DNA of 64,000 nt. It comes from Octopus sinensis (Eukaryota). Below the pieces are notes generated by a model that was not told the DNA's origin, did no database searches, and worked only from the letters and a program-made list of their open reading frames with translations. Below, one piece after another: positions 1 to 13,167 of this stretch (within the stretch, counting starts at the first letter, position 1; each line of letters starts with the position of its first letter). Location: contig NC_043009.1 in the NCBI RefSeq assembly GCF_006345805.1, positions 44,950,001 through 45,014,000 on the forward strand, in the 5' to 3' direction. Made by a program: the position numbers and the translations under genes.

Positions 1-170
1 TTAAGCGTTAATATATAATATTGAGGTTTCAGATTCTGCTAAGGTCCACTTTGCCTTTCATTCTTTCGGAGTCGTTAAAATAAGTACCAGCTGAGCAGTG
101 GGGTCGATTTAATCGATTCAGCCCTTCCCATCAAAACTGCTGGCCTTGTGCCCAACATTTTAAAAAATAT
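1..170 (+). mobile_element. Degenerate SINE family A copy (3' part)
   Basis: Diverged match to the family A body 'gtcgactttgcctttcatcctttcggggtcg...aagtaccag...ctggggtcgat' seen at 20475 and 38305. Confidence 0.5.
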
Positions 171-572
171 ATAATATTAAGGTATATGGGAGCCGTACCT
201 GTCTAACATCAAAATATTAACCATTTCCTGCATTAAATTATGATTTTTGTATTGAATTTAAACTCATTTGTTTCGGGTTTTTTTTTTCTATATTTAATAA
301 TTAATGATTATAGTCTTAATGTAGTGGGTGGAGTCCAGCTGACCCAGCTTTTTCTGCTATTGTTCTACTTAGAAATAAATATGTGATTCATCATTTGGTT
401 GAACATATGAACGTAAGCTTTTATTCTTAGAATCTACGCTTTAGTTTGTTACCATTATAATTCCGTGCGTGTATCAAGTATTTTCCATATTTTTTACACT
501 ACAACGCACATTCTTTGTGGTTTTCTTCAAACCATCCAAACAAGGAGAATCCAGTAATAGCAGCCCAGCAAG

Positions 573-1077
573 TACCGTATTTTCTAGCACACAAATCAAC
601 ATGGTATATAAGTCGAGATAGATTTTCCGATCAAAAACTCAGTGTTTAAGTCTATACTCATCGTATAAGTCGACCTTCTTTCTCCCGGCGAACCATTCTA
701 CCAGAGATTTTTCTTTGAAGGTATCTTTTGATTGGATTGGTATTTTTGACGAAAGAGAAGTTCGCAACAGGATGAAAAAATCGAAATAAAAACTCAACTT
801 TCTATTTGAAATAATGTCAAATTATTTCAATTTTAATATTTGCCTTCATTTATGATCATAACCGCACATCAATATGAATGCCAAGTATGAAGAGAATTAA
901 TAGTTAACTAAAATGTTTGCTATATACCGTCATGGCGGACTTGAAGTGTAAACATTCAAATATTGTTACTATCTTTCCAAATCCTGCTACATTTCACGTT
1001 ATGTTTTTGTTCGCCTTTTTTTTTTGGCTGTAAATTTTGGTCCGAAAAACTTAACTTGTATACCGGAAAATATAGTA
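573..1077. mobile_element. Tc1/mariner-superfamily (Tc2/pogo-like) MITE
   Basis: Imperfect TIRs taccgtattttctag / ccggaaaatatagta with TA ends; subterminal 'tataagtcga' motifs; no ORF. Confidence 0.55.
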
Positions 1078-2324
1078 ACTAATATAGTTTGGATTATTTC
1101 ATTGTCACAAAAAGATGATTCTACATATCCCCATATTACTCGGATGTCTTTGTTTAAGCCAAATTCAAAGCGATGTCGAATAAGACAATTCTATCAATTG
1201 CACTCACATTATCTTCAATCTATCAACCTTTAATATCAACAAAATAGCTGGTAGGAGGGACATTACCTCAAGGAAGCGTTCAGTTTATTAAATACACATA
1301 CAGTGGGGGTCTTATATTTGTAATCATCAGAGTAATTAGTAACAATTAGTAGATAATAATACCCTAGCAGTTTAAGTAAGGCAAGAATACATATAATGTA
1401 GTACTATATACAACTAAAATACACGATAATCATGACTAGAATGCTTTTAATTATAGGACTGATTGATCAAGGTTAACATTTATGCTAACTCACTGTCCTT
1501 AACATACTTCTAATTGCTTGACTTCAATCACCTCAAAATAACAAAGCTTGCTTCGATTTACAAAAGCGATATTTGCGTCATTTTACGTCACTAGAAAGAG
1601 ACTTGAGTTACTTCACTTAACTACCATCACTTAACTACCACCAACTATTTCACTTACTTCCATCACCTCACTAGAGAGCGGCATCATTTCCACAAAAACG
1701 AGGCTTGTGTCACTCCATGCGAACGAGGTTTGCATTGATTCATTGGAGTGTGATTTGCGTCACTTAAATCGAACGAGATTTAGTATCAGTTCACTGCTAT
1801 AGAGAGCTTCAGTCACATAATACGAGTCTTAAGTCTCTTCATAAGGACAAAGTATCAATTATTTCAAAACAAAACATGCGTGATTTCAATAAAGCAAAGC
1901 TCATCTCACTTTAGAAGAACTAAGTAAATGTGTTTGATACGTAACGGGCCATACTAAACACGCACATCATAGAGTACTGTTCTGTTATGTATCAAAAGAG
2001 TTACTTTTATCATTAACATCTTTGACCAGGTTAAAAAAATACTGAGCGGTTTGATCAATAAGCCTTTCATGCGTTTTCCCAGCATCCAACAGCATCTTTA
2101 ATATATCTTCTTTCACTGAAACTATTACAAATTTTGCTGACATTTTCGACAACAACCTTTATTCATCCGTATCCCTGCTTTTAGTCACCCGAAATGAAAC
2201 TGTTAGAATCCGACCTCGTAAACTCTCTTCGTATTACTCCCATACGCCTAACATTACATACGAATCTTCATCTCATAACTTACCGTGTTTTTCTTGGATT
2301 CACTTCTAGCTTTCACATTTCTTG

Positions 2325-2367
<43 letters not shown>

Positions 2368-2921
2368 GAGTGAGAGAGCAGTTCATGCCATCAAAGTGAC
2401 ACTGGGGTAAAATATACGAAGCCCAATATACCCATCATGACTACCCGTCTGATAAAGGTACACCAGGCACATGCATCACAACCATATGTGCGCGACATGG
2501 TGATCTCATATCAAGATAAACAGCACATGACCTTGCAAGTGGGGCCCAGTTAGAATTTTCTTCAGGTTGAGTATCCCATCCCGCTCAAACGGTCCCTGAA
2601 TAAGGGTTGTTTAAGGATGTTGAAAGAACCACCCATGTTTCCAGAGGTGAACTATTCAAACCCCAAAGAATCCCTCTCAACACATTGCTATGATGCTCCC
2701 CCACTACTTCTGCTCGTGATCAGAGATGCACATATCGTCAGCCACTAAGGGACATGCTCAACTGGTTAAGGTCAAACAACTGACAAGCAAATCTGTGGTA
2801 TTGAGCAGAATATTTGCTGTAGCCCATCTTTTATACCAAGACAAAACAATGTACATGATAACACTTCCAATCAGTTAAGATCAGAAGCCATGAGAGCCAC
2901 TGCCTGGTACTGCATCAGGGC

Positions 2922-2922
<1 letters not shown>
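2368..2922 (-). mobile_element. ~555-bp non-coding retroposon-like element (family D), longest copy, embedded in (TTA)n
   Basis: Homologous copies at 5669, 44926 and 61215. All share the same end (ctctctcactc) followed by a triplet tail and differ at the other end. Flanked by (TTA)n at 2327-2367 and 2924-3001. Confidence 0.8.
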
Positions 2923-3000
<78 letters not shown>

Positions 3001-3049
3001 TTCTAGTTTGTGAGCAGGAAGCCAGATCAGTTTCACTTTACGTAACAGA

Positions 3050-4470
3050 GTGGAGGAGATGAATACACATTTGAGAACGGTTGGTGTGAGGGCGAATGAA
3101 ATAGAAACAGTAAGAGAGAGAAAGAGTGAGAGAGAGAGAGAAAGAGAGAGAACATGAAGAAATGAAATAAAAAAGAATTTAAGACTGGAAGAATACAATT
3201 ATTTAAAGAATAGAAACTCGTCTTAACGATAGAGAATATATTCGTCGAAGTTTACACAATCTGGAATAAAAGATTTGAAAACTGAAAGAATAAGAATAGC
3301 TATAATGTAAGACCATTTCAAACTGAAGGTCAGACATCACGGGGATGGTGTTCAGGAATTGGATCACAGCATTACAGAGCGAAACCTGTAAAGGATCACC
3401 ATTCAGAAGTGTTTAGTTTCGCGTATTCGGTATGTGATGGGTGTTTCCTCTTATTACGTCACTGAAGGAATATGAAGTGGTAACAGGAACACACGTTAAC
3501 CAGGAATTGGTGGTGAGCTTGAAATTCGGCATCTGGAGACATATTCAGTGCCGCCAAATCGCTAGCCCGTGGAAGCCATGGGTTACATGAGAAGGACTGG
3601 TCAGGAATATAGGTATGACATTTTTCTTCCAAAAAGATAAAGAAAATCCCGATTACATATCAGACTTGATCGAGCCATCAAACTACAATCGGCTATGTGT
3701 AATGGTGGTGGTAGGAGAAGAACAGCAAGGCATCACATACGAGATGCCACCAATTATCTTATTTCTTTATTGCCAACAAGGGGCTAAACATAGAGGGGAC
3801 AAACAAGGACAGACTAAGGGATTAAGTCGATTACATCGACCCTAGTGTGTAACTGGTTACTTAATTTATCGACCCCGAAAGGATGAAAGGCAAAGTCGAC
3901 CTCAGCGGAATTTGAACCCAGAACGTAACGGCAGACGAAATACTGCTCGGCATTTCGCCTGACGTGCTAACGTTTCTACCAGCTCAATTATCTGAGAGCC
4001 TTCTTCTCAAAGCAGAGAGAAAATGAAAGACGGCCCACACTGCTGTCCACTTCACAACAACGGCAACAATTATCACAACAGCAGCAGTAAGTGGAGAGAC
4101 CACCACCACCAAAGTCCAAAGACGTCCCAAAATCAATACCGCAAGATTTAACAGAACAGCAGAGAGCTTGTTAACTAGCTACCTACCACTACCATCTACA
4201 CCCACACCACTTCTCCAACACCTTCACCACCACCACAACCACCACCACCAACAACAACAACAACAACACTATAACATCAACAACCAAATGTATAACCACA
4301 CCTACAACAAAAATGCACACACAACAACAACAGTGACCAAATTCGAGTGTCACTTTTTAATCACAATAAAACACAAAGGTGGTAAGGCATTCACCCCTAG
4401 AATCGCTGAATGGATTCCAACTGACATCAAAAGTTGTTTCTCTACTGGGACCTTAAAAAAAAATTCCAGA
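3050..4470 (+). pseudogene. Possible degraded ORF1 region of a Tx1/L1-type LINE
   Basis: Broken frames upstream of the endonuclease remnant: a globular-looking segment (FPLITSLKEYEVV...LKFGIWRHIQC), then a Gln/Thr/Pro/His-rich tail. Assignment rests mainly on position. Confidence 0.3.
3760..3985 (-). mobile_element. tRNA-derived SINE family A
   Basis: Reverse complement of gagctggtagaaacgttagcacg...gttcaaattccgctgaggtcgactttgcc...gaaataag, with A-box and B-box-like motifs. Confidence 0.85.
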
Positions 4471-4639
4471 AAATATGGGAATATTTTGGGACGAAATGAT
4501 CAATAATTTCTTGGTGTGGCCTTTCAAAGCCCTCCTAGCAGAGGAGACAGGTTTACCAGTTTTTTCTAAAGATCAAAGCAAGCGACCGCACGGGTTTTAT
4601 TTCCTCCAACCTTTTGAACGTATACAATGTAAGAAGCAT

Positions 4640-5640
4640 AAATATATGTTGCCTAGCGTCAGCTTGGAAGCAAATACATTTTTATTAACGATTTCATATC
4701 TCTAAGCATAGATGTGATAGCCATAAACGAGACCAATTTTTCCAGGATTCACTTATTTGTGACTATCTTTGAAGACTACGAGGTATACTCATTTTGTGAC
4801 CGGCCCGGTCCGGGTTTCTGGGTGGTAATATTGTTTCGAATAAGTTTAGATTTGAAGGTACGAACAATATTTATGAACTCGGGCAATAAGTCGGTGGTGC
4901 TGGACTGGAGCAGCAATTAAGAGGTGGTTCTAACCTAATTGTTGTCTATGTGGAAGCGAGGTTGCCGGACTTCATTCAGGCGTTCGAAGTTTTAAGAACG
5001 ACTCGCTATTGTGTACCATTAAATGTTATATGTTACATATTTGCTGGAATTGTACTGGGAAGTTAACCGATAGGCAATAGGCTGTAAAATCCTAGCAAAC
5101 CTACTCAGATATATCTAGTTGTCTAACAGAGACCAACTGGATTTCCTAAGTGCATCAATATGGACATGGAGCTAACGAATAGGATGCAACAACGATTGCA
5201 GCTTGATAGATCTTGTTAGAACTGTGAAAAGAGGTTGTATAAAATGGCCGCATGTTAAAGTGGCCGGTTACATAAACCTAGATCACTAATGTGCGATCTG
5301 CACGACCGAAATAAGTTGTATACACAGGGATCGGTTACTGGAAGTTAAATGCGTCTTTCTCGATGCGAAAAGCCCACAGCGGCCGTATTAGCGAAATGAA
5401 GAGGCGGAATGTAACAACGTGGTCACCCACAACCGGCAGTGGAAAGCTGTAGAATTGAAAGCATTTAATAATGAAATAGTGAAAATTAGAAATAAATTAG
5501 AAAGAGTTAGTGATTACATTATAAGAGATGATAAGGAAAGGCATTGCGACATACATGCTAGTTGCGAGAATGGCCCCTCACCATGTTTTCAACGGCGAAC
5601 ACGGAAGTTGTATGATCAGAGTTAAAGCATGCGTTTTTAG
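4640..5640 (+). pseudogene. Tx1/L1-clade LINE ORF2, APE endonuclease region (frameshifted)
   Basis: IDVIAINET...YEVYS...VVILFRISLDLKVRTIF (4708-4880), DH at ~5281, GIGYWKLNAS at 5327-5356. GYWKLN is the typical post-endonuclease motif of L1/Tx1 ORF2. Confidence 0.75.
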
Positions 5641-5668
5641 ACACTTCAGTTATCTGCGCCCATTCGAT

Positions 5669-5966
5669 GGGGTCTGAATAATTCACATTTGGAAACATAA
5701 GTGTTTCGTTCAACATCCTTAAACGACCCTTATTCAGGGACCTTTTGAGCGGGATGAGTTACTCGTCCAGAAGAAAATTCTAACTGGGGTTCCACCTGCA
5801 AGGTCATGTGCTGTTTATCTTGATATGAGATCACCATGTCGCGAACACATGGTTGTGATGCATGTGCCTAGTGTACCCTTATCAGACGGGTAGTCATGAT
5901 GGGTATACTGGGCTTCGTATATTCTACCCCAGTGTCACTTTGATGGCATGCACTGCTCTCTCACTC
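5669..5966 (+). mobile_element. Family D element, 5'-truncated, with (AAT)n tail
   Basis: Matches the reverse complement of 2368-2665; (AAT)n at 5967-6040. Confidence 0.8.
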
Positions 5967-6040
<74 letters not shown>

Positions 6041-6217
6041 CATATTCTCTACATTCATACATCATCAAAGATTTAGTCACTCAATCTCTTTTTGCTACAT
6101 TCTTGACAATAAGCATCTGTTATTTGGTTACGATATTTCCTTCAACAATATACATAGACTTTGCAGAGTATGTATTTATTTATTTATCTATTTATTTATT
6201 TATTTATTTATTTTATA

Positions 6218-6330
6218 ATCATTTTTTCTTCAAGTACCACTTAAGAGGGAAGGTTAGGGTAGAGAGAGAGAGAGACGGTGCTGCTCTCCAGTAAATTTTA
6301 TGAAAGCTGAGTGAGAATATTGAGATTGTC
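6218..6330 (+). pseudogene. Probable C-terminus of the same Tx1-like ORF2
   Basis: FFKYHLRGKVRVERE...LLSSKF resembles Tx1-type C-termini as I recall them; followed by UTR-like sequence and a T-rich tail. Confidence 0.35.
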
Positions 6331-7026
6331 GTAGATAAATGAGCCAGCACTATATGATTGCTGGTTGGAGGCTGGTGACGGGGGGAATACCTTTTATCTT
6401 TAAGGACGAGCCTTGGAAGCAAATTTTAAGTGGTGGAATAAAATTGTACGAGACTGCCTTCAGGTTACGGCGGAGAAAGTTTCTTTAATAGTTCGAAGGG
6501 CTATGATGGCTTTTCTGATTTTTATGGAAGGATTCCATCATATATTCACAGAGGCCATCTGAATATTTTCACTCCCTAGGCCCTGCTACCAAAATAATGT
6601 TAAGTCGTGTATGCTATGCTCCGAGTCACCCGATACTTCTTCACATTTTAAGTTTTTCTTCACATTTTAAGTTTTTTTCTTTTCTTCTTTTGTCCTGTGC
6701 TGTTTATTGCTATTTGCCATTATTTATTTATTTATTTATTTATCACCCCGGTTCTGAATTCCAATCTCGCTGAGGTCAATTTTACTTGTCATCCATCCCT
6801 CCGAGGTCGATAGAATAAAGTACCAGTCATAAATAGGGTCGATTTAATCAACGTATCTTTATCCTCAAAATTGATGACCTGGCACCAAAATTAGAAATAA
6901 TCATTTTATGTATTTATTATCCTGGTTCCTTTCCTTCTGAGTTCAAATCTTACCGAACTCAGCTTTGTCCTTCAGCGAGAAGGACAAAGCTGAGATCACT
7001 GCAATTAACCATTATTATTATTATTA

Positions 7027-7081
<55 letters not shown>

Positions 7082-7129
7082 TTTTAGTTTCGGAACGTGA
7101 GTAAAAGACACTATACCTGTATTAATAAT

Positions 7130-7335
7130 TACTTATTTAACTGTCTCCTATTTCATGTTCAACTCACCAAGATCCAATATTAACCTTTAATTATGCCGCA
7201 TTTACTACTCTCCACCTAATCTTCACCTTGAATCTATTTCTAAGCGTATAAAATGTCACACATTTGTATTTTCTCAAGATATTCAATATTTCATTCTGTT
7301 CATTAAATACAAGAATAATGAAAAATGAAGAGAAA
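7130..7335. repeat. Fragment of an interspersed repeat, homologous to 13810-14050
   Basis: Shared 'aagatccaatatt...tactactctcca...ttcaccttgaatctatttctaa.cgtataa'. Confidence 0.7.
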
Positions 7336-7493
7336 TTATTTTCGTTATTGTTATTATTATTGTTCTTGATGGCGGTGATGATGGTGGTAGTTGGAACCAA
7401 GTCAATCCTGGTGGAGGAACGCCATGATCAAAGACATCCCAAGTATGACCATCACCTTTATATACATATGTGTGTGTATGTGTGTGTTTGTGC

Positions 7494-7537
<44 letters not shown>

Positions 7538-7671
7538 GTGTGTGTGTATATATTATTTCTTTATTATCCACAAGGGGCTAAACACAGAGGGGACAAACAA
7601 GGACAGATATCGACCCCAGTGCGTAACTGGTACTTAATTTATCGACACCGAAAGGATGAAAGGCAAAGTCG

Positions 7672-7756
<85 letters not shown>

Positions 7757-8118
7757 ATGATTAAATAAATTACAAAGGAACAGAAAATTATGAAATAAAC
7801 TTCATTAGCTTCCGGCTGTTTCCGCTATAAGATGCCCTACGCTCAAAGCTGGGTACATCACCGCATCACCTTATAACTTCCTCGGAGCTTCTAAAATGAA
7901 GTTCATGTTTATTTGGGTAAGCATTTGGATATATTGAAAATACCATCGTCGAAAATATAAAAATACGCAAGAGATTAAATATAGAGTTTGAAGGCCACTT
8001 CCAGAAATAAGTAGATTTGGATATTACTCTCTATACTCAACCAACGCTCTATTCTGAAGCGTAGGTATATTGAGTTTTTAACACCAGGTTATCAGTATCA
8101 CTATGCCTCGGCAAAACA

Positions 8119-8149
<31 letters not shown>

Positions 8150-8701
8150 TGAGTCATCCCATAAATAAGGCCTAATTGGGGCCCCACAGACCTCCACCCT
8201 AATTTTACTGCATTTTAAACGAAATTTGGCGACCAAATCGGAGCAATGGCTATGAATTTCATACCATGAACTCCCAGAAAGTATCGTAAGAAGGTTCAAT
8301 TTCTGAAGGGCCGCTTAAATGGGGCCTCACTGACCCCACTATTTTTACTGCATTTAACTCACTCCTATGATTATTGATTAAACTTTGATCAGCATCAGTA
8401 CTTAGCACTTCTGCAGAAGCAAGTTACTGGGACGTGGGCTTTATGTATGGGTGCGAGTGAAGTATAGGTATTGAGTACATGGATATACGTCGGGTAGGGT
8501 GTTTTAAATGTGGTATCGGATAATTAATACCAGGAGATACATATACAATGAATGTGTCCGAGTCCATTACATTACACAAGGGTAGAGGGCCGCGAAGCGA
8601 CCCGATAGTGGAGCCGAAGCCCTCGAAGGTGCCCTCTGCAGGAGCTAGCCCGAATACAGCCCGAAGGGCAGATTCAAGGTTAGTATATATATATATATTA
8701 T

Positions 8702-8754
<53 letters not shown>

Positions 8755-8761
8755 GCGCAAA

Positions 8762-9232
8762 CTGTGTGGTTAAGAAGCTCGCTTTGTAACGACGTGGTTC
8801 CAGGTTCGGGTCTATTGCACGGCACTTTGGGCAAGTGCCTTCTACTGCAGCCCCAGGCCGAGCAATGCTTTGTAAGTGAATATAATAGACGGCAACTGCG
8901 TGGAAGCCCGTAATGTATATATGTGCGTGCGTGTGTCTGTGTGTGTGTGTTCGTGTGTGTGTGTGTCTGCGTGTGTATGTGTACGTGTGTGAGTGTGTGT
9001 ATATGCAAGTGTGTGTATGTGTGTGTATGCGTGTGTGCGAGTGTGCGTGACAACCGGTGTTGGTTTATTTATATCCGCGTAACTTAGCAGTTCTACTAGA
9101 GACAGCGATAGCATAAGAACCAGACTTTTAAAAAATAAGTACTGATCTTGACTAATCCGACGAAACCCTTTACAGCACAGCTCGAGCATAGCTACAGTCC
9201 AGTAGCAAAAACTAAAGTCAAAGATAAAAAGA
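8762..9232 (+). mobile_element. tRNA-derived SINE family B (two halves around an internal microsatellite)
   Basis: gtgtggttaagaagc...ggcactttgggcaagtgccttct head and body, a (TG)n insert, then a degenerate 3' half. Confidence 0.75.
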
Positions 9233-9237
9233 TACAC

Positions 9238-9274
<37 letters not shown>

Positions 9275-9469
9275 CAGGCAGACAGTATGCCAATTGCCCT
9301 TCCTGTCCTTAAGACAGCAAGATTTTGATTTTGATCTGGGACTATACAGTGAACTGGAATTGCTCAACGACAAGAAGATAGAGTCCTAGATTCAATTTTT
9401 AGGTGGTTATTTACTGACTTAGGGTATGTTTTAGTTTAATATAGAACAAATTTAAGGCGGCGATCTGGA

Positions 9470-10067
9470 AGGCAAAGAAAAAATGCCTGGGATCTGGCAC
9501 GCCGAGGAAAAATGCTTAGCGGTATTTAAGCTGTCTGCGCATTCAAATTGCACCGAGGTCGACTTTGCCTTTCATCCTTTCAGGGTCAATCAAATAAGTA
9601 CCAGTTGAAAAGTTAGGTCGATGTAACTGACTAAGTCCCTTCTCTGAAACTGTTGAGTTTGTTATTTCTTTATTGCCCACAAGGAACTAAACACAGAGAG
9701 GACAAACAGGGACAGACAAAGGGATTAAGTCGATTACATAGATCCCAGTGCGTAACTGGTACTTAATTTATCGACCCCGAAAGGTTGAAAGGCAAAGTCG
9801 ACTTCGGCGGAATTTGAACGTGGCGGCAGGCGAAATACCTATTTCTTTACTACCCACAAGGGGCTAAACACAGAGGGGACAAACAAGGACAGACACACGG
9901 ATTAAGTCGATTACATCGACCCCAGTGCGTAACTGGTACTTATTTAATCGACCCTGAAAGGATGAAAGACAAAGTCGACCTCGGCTGAATTTGAACTTAG
10001 AACTTAACGGCAGACGAAATACGGCTACGTATTTTGCCCGGCGTGCTAACGATTCTACCAGCTCGCC
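9470..10067. mobile_element. Cluster of three family A SINE copies (9470-9640 +, 9663-9835 -, 9840-10067 -)
   Basis: Repeated 'gggacaaaca.ggacagaca...tcgaccc.gaaagg.tgaaag.caaagtcgac'. Confidence 0.8.
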
Positions 10068-10340
10068 GAGACTGTTGAGTTTGTGCCAATATTTAAAGTC
10101 AATATAGAACAAAATCAATAAATATCGGATTCAGAATATTTAATACATTCTTTACAAAAGGAGAGGAAAAAGACATTTATGGTAACCTGCTTCCCATTGT
10201 GCGTTGAAGTTATTTCACGTTTAGTTAATATTTTTGAGAAAAACATGAATATACAACAATCACTTATCTCCCTTTTGGTAAAAAAAAGAAAATTACGCGT
10301 CTACAGAGAATCGGTAACGGGAAATTAGTCAAATGTCATA

Positions 10341-10596
10341 ATCTAATGCGCCCTTTTTAAAGCCTAGCCAGGCTCATGGGCCCGGTTTCCCGGTTTCTAT
10401 AGCGTATGTGTTCCCCCAGCTGGACGGGACGCCAGTCCATCGCAGCGTCACTCATTTTTGCCAGCTGAGTGGACTGGAGCAACGTGAAATGAAGTGTTTT
10501 GCTCAAGAACACAACGCGTCGCCCGGTCCAGGAATCGAAACCACAATCTTGCGATCATGATGCTGACACCCTAACCACTAAGCCACGCGCCTTCAC
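10341..10596 (-). mobile_element. tRNA-head SINE (body M + tail T2) with TSD
   Basis: Head ggcgcgtggcttagtggttaggg...ggtttcgattcc; 14-bp TSD agtcaaatgtcata / agtcaagtgtcata. Confidence 0.85.
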
Positions 10597-11037
10597 AGTC
10601 AAGTGTCATAGTGCCGCATTATTACGATGTCAGTGAGTCTCGTATCGAGATAGCAATGTGCCACTGTACCATTGTGCCGTCTACTTAAATCACTAGCAAT
10701 GCATTAGTAGGACCAGGACTATAGTGGAGACACACACGATACTGCAGAGTACGACTGAACCTGAAACCACGTGATTGCATATCTAGCTTCTTAACCATAC
10801 GGTCATGCATGCGCCTGTCTATGAAAATGTATTTAAACCCAAAAGAACATTGATTCAGAGAAATCTCAGATGTCTTTCAATGGTATTATTCAATCCACTA
10901 CGTATCATTCATTCAAGGACAGCTCTCCTACTGCTTTATCTTTCGGTCATTCCTTCTTGTTTGCTTTGGGGTTATTTTAGGTGTGGGGAGCTAGGTTTAC
11001 AAGCATCGAAATTATTGACAAGAATTCTGTAACTTAC

Positions 11038-11202
11038 CTGCATAAATTTTCAACTTTGGCAACAAAAAAAAAAAATGCGCCGGGACTATTTTTCGATTTC
11101 ACCTGGAATGTCTTGAAAGCGGCATCAGTCGCAAAACGAATTAGGATAATTTCAGACGGTGTGCTGTTTGATTTTCCTGTCGTTGCAGTTTATGTATTTA
11201 TA
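11038..11202 (-). promoter_or_regulatory. Possible TATA promoter and non-coding first exon
   Basis: TATAAATA at 11202-11195, TCA at ~11169, CAG|GTAAGT donor at 11038/11037, in sequence I do not recognise as repeat. Confidence 0.3.
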
Positions 11203-11696
11203 AGCTGTCACTAAAGTGTTTCACTCAGCTGACCTCTTTCATAAGTTGGTTATAGATGCAGCCTTAATTGACTTCTTCGCGTAATGAATAAAATATGAAA
11301 GTCAATCACCGAACAAGTCTTATATATAATGCAAACATGTGCATGGGAGTAAACAGAAGTGCATATAAGGACATGAATATGTAAATTAGACCCAACCCTC
11401 TTACTTTCAGCTCAGCAGTGAACATTAAAATGCACATATAAAGTAGGAATGATGTAAGTACATAACAAATGGAGAATTGTTGGATAGGAAGATGAGGGTC
11501 ATATTAATATTTTTCGTGGAATTTGACATCTGTTTTGAAAGTGTGTCACGTTTAGTACCTAGAAAAATAAAATTACAACACTTAATTAAGTTTCATAAAC
11601 GTCTCCATTACAGTATATTAAAAGACCGCACCTTTGCATTCTGTTTTCCTAAAGATATGTATTTGTATATGTGTGTGTGTATATATATACATATAA

Positions 11697-11736
<40 letters not shown>

Positions 11737-12872
11737 ATGCGTACTCATCTCTGTGTGTGCGCACGACTATGTGTGTATGTATGTATGTATGTATGTATGT
11801 ATGTATGTATGTATGCATGTATGTATACATGTATGTATGCATGTATGTAGACACTCTTGCGTGAACAGGCTATCGTAAAGGTAGCGTATTCAACAATGAC
11901 AAAGAGTTTTGTATATGGTGATTATCTAGAGCATGTGTGTGTGTGTATGTGTGTATCTATATATACATATATATAAATAAATAAATATATATATATATAT
12001 ATATATATTGTTTATATTATTATATAATTGAACGCCACGCATCCTATTCCAAGTAAGTTATATATATATATATATATATATACAAAATGGGACAAGAACG
12101 CAAAACATTCAAATAGACGATACAAAAAACACGAACGGGTCATTCGAAGCCTCTAATCTTCAGTCAAGAACCGGATCATCCTCGCAATTTCGGCTGATTA
12201 TATATATATATATATATATTACTTTTTATAATTATGAGTATAATTATAATTAGCGTTCAGCGAAAAAAAATTTGCCTTGCCACAGACCCAACTTTTAGAA
12301 ATAGCAGCCAAAGAACTTAGCTATTTCTTCTACTATAAGAAGAATCTCCCAGACAACGTGTACTCAAAAACAATTCACGTAGGCATAGAGGAAAAAATAA
12401 CGAAAATTCACTCGACATTTGATTACTTGTGGACGCGTTTCTGAATTAGATAGATATGGAGATGCAAGAATTACATCTTCATTCTACCATTCTCTTCATC
12501 AGCACAAAGAATTCAAGATTTTAAATTAGAGAGCTGTAAAAAAATTGAACATACCTATCTGATTCAAGTAACATCAGACAAAACTGAATTCAAAACATAC
12601 GAATGAGGCTTCGTATTCTCCTTCACCCACCCACGTGTGTTGTCGAGCAACAAATTCCTACAGAAAAAAACTGTAGTTTATTATCAGGGAGAGAATTATA
12701 TTATCAGTAATAATAAAGGGTAAAACTAATAAATTTATTAGTAATTAATAATTCCACCAAGTAGTGTTCAGCATGTTAAAAGGACCATTTACGGTTACAG
12801 GACGTGTGACGAAAGAGCTCTGACAAAGAAACAAAGATAATAATAATAATAATATAATAATAATAATAATAA

Positions 12873-12932
<60 letters not shown>

Positions 12933-13065
12933 TAAATTAAAGACCAAACATATAGTGCATGTGTCTAACTGTCAAAATATGACCATTACCAAGTATACCA
13001 ATATCTGTTTCAACACTCGTTCTCACATCAAGAATTTTGCAAGACAAATACACAAGCGTAATGAT

Positions 13066-13159
<94 letters not shown>

Positions 13160-13167
13160 TGTGTGTG

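Noticed and set aside
1900-2300. Degraded coding-like minus-strand segment (FVIVSVKEDILKMLLDAGKTHERL)
   Set aside because: Multiple stops and no motif I can assign with confidence.
7790-7900. GC-richer island with a minus-strand acceptor and a frame interrupted by TGA (possible selenocysteine)
   Set aside because: No SECIS or homology evidence; all frames close quickly.
8560-8685. Possible Helitron 3' end (gccc-gaa-gggc hairpin then gttagt)
   Set aside because: The terminus is not CTRR and no matching 5' end was found.
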